A model generated the notes under the pieces. The model was given only the letters and a program-made list of their open reading frames with translations, was not told the DNA's origin and did no database searches. Position numbers and translations under genes: made by a program. From a virus (lineage: Duplodnaviria > Caudoviricetes), in IMG/VR virus record IMGVR_UViG_3300032116_000009: DNA of 64,000 bases, one strand, 5' to 3'. Numbering within the stretch: the first letter of the stretch is position 1; each line of letters starts with the position of its first letter. Shown piece after piece: positions 63,265-64,000 of this stretch.

Positions 63265-64000
63265 TCATAAACTTACATAAGATTTAGACATTTTTTTCCA
63301 TTGCATTTCTGGAGAATTTAGATCATACAAAAAATTAGTTCTTTCAAATGTTCTTATTTTGAGATCTTCTTGTTGAATAAAATTAAAAACTTTTTCACTG
63401 ACTTTTAAATTTGGTATTATTTTTGTTAAATACGAAACATGATCAATAGGTGGAGGATGTAAATCATACTTGTACCTATATCTACCGCAATCATTCTTTT
63501 TTATTTTTACTCCAGGCCAAGTAGTTGAATTATACTGCACTGTTAGGAAATCTGGTTCTATTTCATTTAATAGATCTTTATATAAATCTAACACGTCAGA
63601 TGTATCCAATACTACATCATCTAGAGAATTGTAAGAATGACAATTAGTTGTTTTTTTGATAATAGGCATATGACTCAACATCAAAAAGTCCGAATCAATG
63701 TAATTTAAAAAATTAAAAGTTAATGATATTAATCCAAGATCTCTAATTAGAAATCCTCTATAATCGACATAATTTTTAATATATTGTAAATCATACAATC
63801 CGTCATGAATAGAATTGTATATGTTTCCACAACACTGCCATTTTCTATTAATATATCGGTCTTCACGATTTACTGTAGTCCACATTACTATTATCAAATC
63901 TTTATTGTTAAAATGAAATCTTTGATTCATTTCAGCAACTTGATTTGATATAAATGCGTTTCCGGCTCCAGGAGATCCAAAATTATAATATTTTGGAATG
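63265..64000 (-). CDS. Hypothetical protein, SGNH-like, 5' end outside the window
   Basis: Frame stays open to the window edge: ...YYNFGSPGAGN..I...D.IIVMW....R.D...HP. Confidence 0.6.
   Translation of the reverse strand, partial: IPKYYNFGSPGAGNAFISNQVAEMNQRFHFNNKDLIIVMWTTVNREDRYINRKWQCCGNIYNSIHDGLYDLQYIKNYVDYRGFLIRDLGLISLTFNFLNYIDSDFLMLSHMPIIKKTTNCHSYNSLDDVVLDTSDVLDLYKDLLNEIEPDFLTVQYNSTTWPGVKIKKNDCGRYRYKYDLHPPPIDHVSYLTKIIPNLKVSEKVFNFIQQEDLKIRTFERTNFLYDLNSPEMQWKKMSKSYVSL

Overview
A 64 kb segment of a large, AT-rich T4-like cyanophage (cyanomyovirus) genome. Almost all genes are on the minus strand; the exception is a plus-strand block gp4-gp2-gp48-gp53 (35121-39893). Order: (1) 1-6111, island of short hypothetical ORFs driven by a repeated promoter cassette; (2) 6117-12312, asnB-like amidotransferase, three 2OG-Fe(II) oxygenases and a polyglycine protein; (3) 12322-18903, 2193-aa tail fibre; (4) Mom-like gene, tRNA-Thr(UGU), cpeT, tRNA-Leu(UAA), radical SAM + PLP enzyme pair; (5) 22784-39893, baseplate/tail module including gp5, cp12, two tape-measure-like proteins with wall-hydrolase domains, gp51, gp26, gp4, gp2, gp48 and an enlarged gp53; (6) 39943-47486, gp32, gp59, gp33, exonuclease, phoH, two GT2-like glycosyltransferases, thyX; (7) 47695-48582, a self-contained operon with an NtcA-type box, a sigma70 promoter, two tandem glutamine-riboswitch-like elements whose P2 loops each enclose a complete small ORF, a DUF4278-like gene, two microproteins and a terminator; (8) speD, glutaredoxin, an AbrB-domain protein; (9) 52757-60474, amidinotransferase, DegT-type aminotransferase, three GT25-like enzymes, a double 2OG oxygenase and tail-collar-like proteins; (10) talC and further hypotheticals. 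Best candidates for novelty: the ORF-containing tandem riboswitch operon, a circularly permuted M23 peptidase domain, an RlpA-like domain fused to a T4 internal-protein-type N-terminus, and the amidino-sugar/hydroxylation/glycosylation cluster. All family calls come from motif recognition by eye; no database searches were run.
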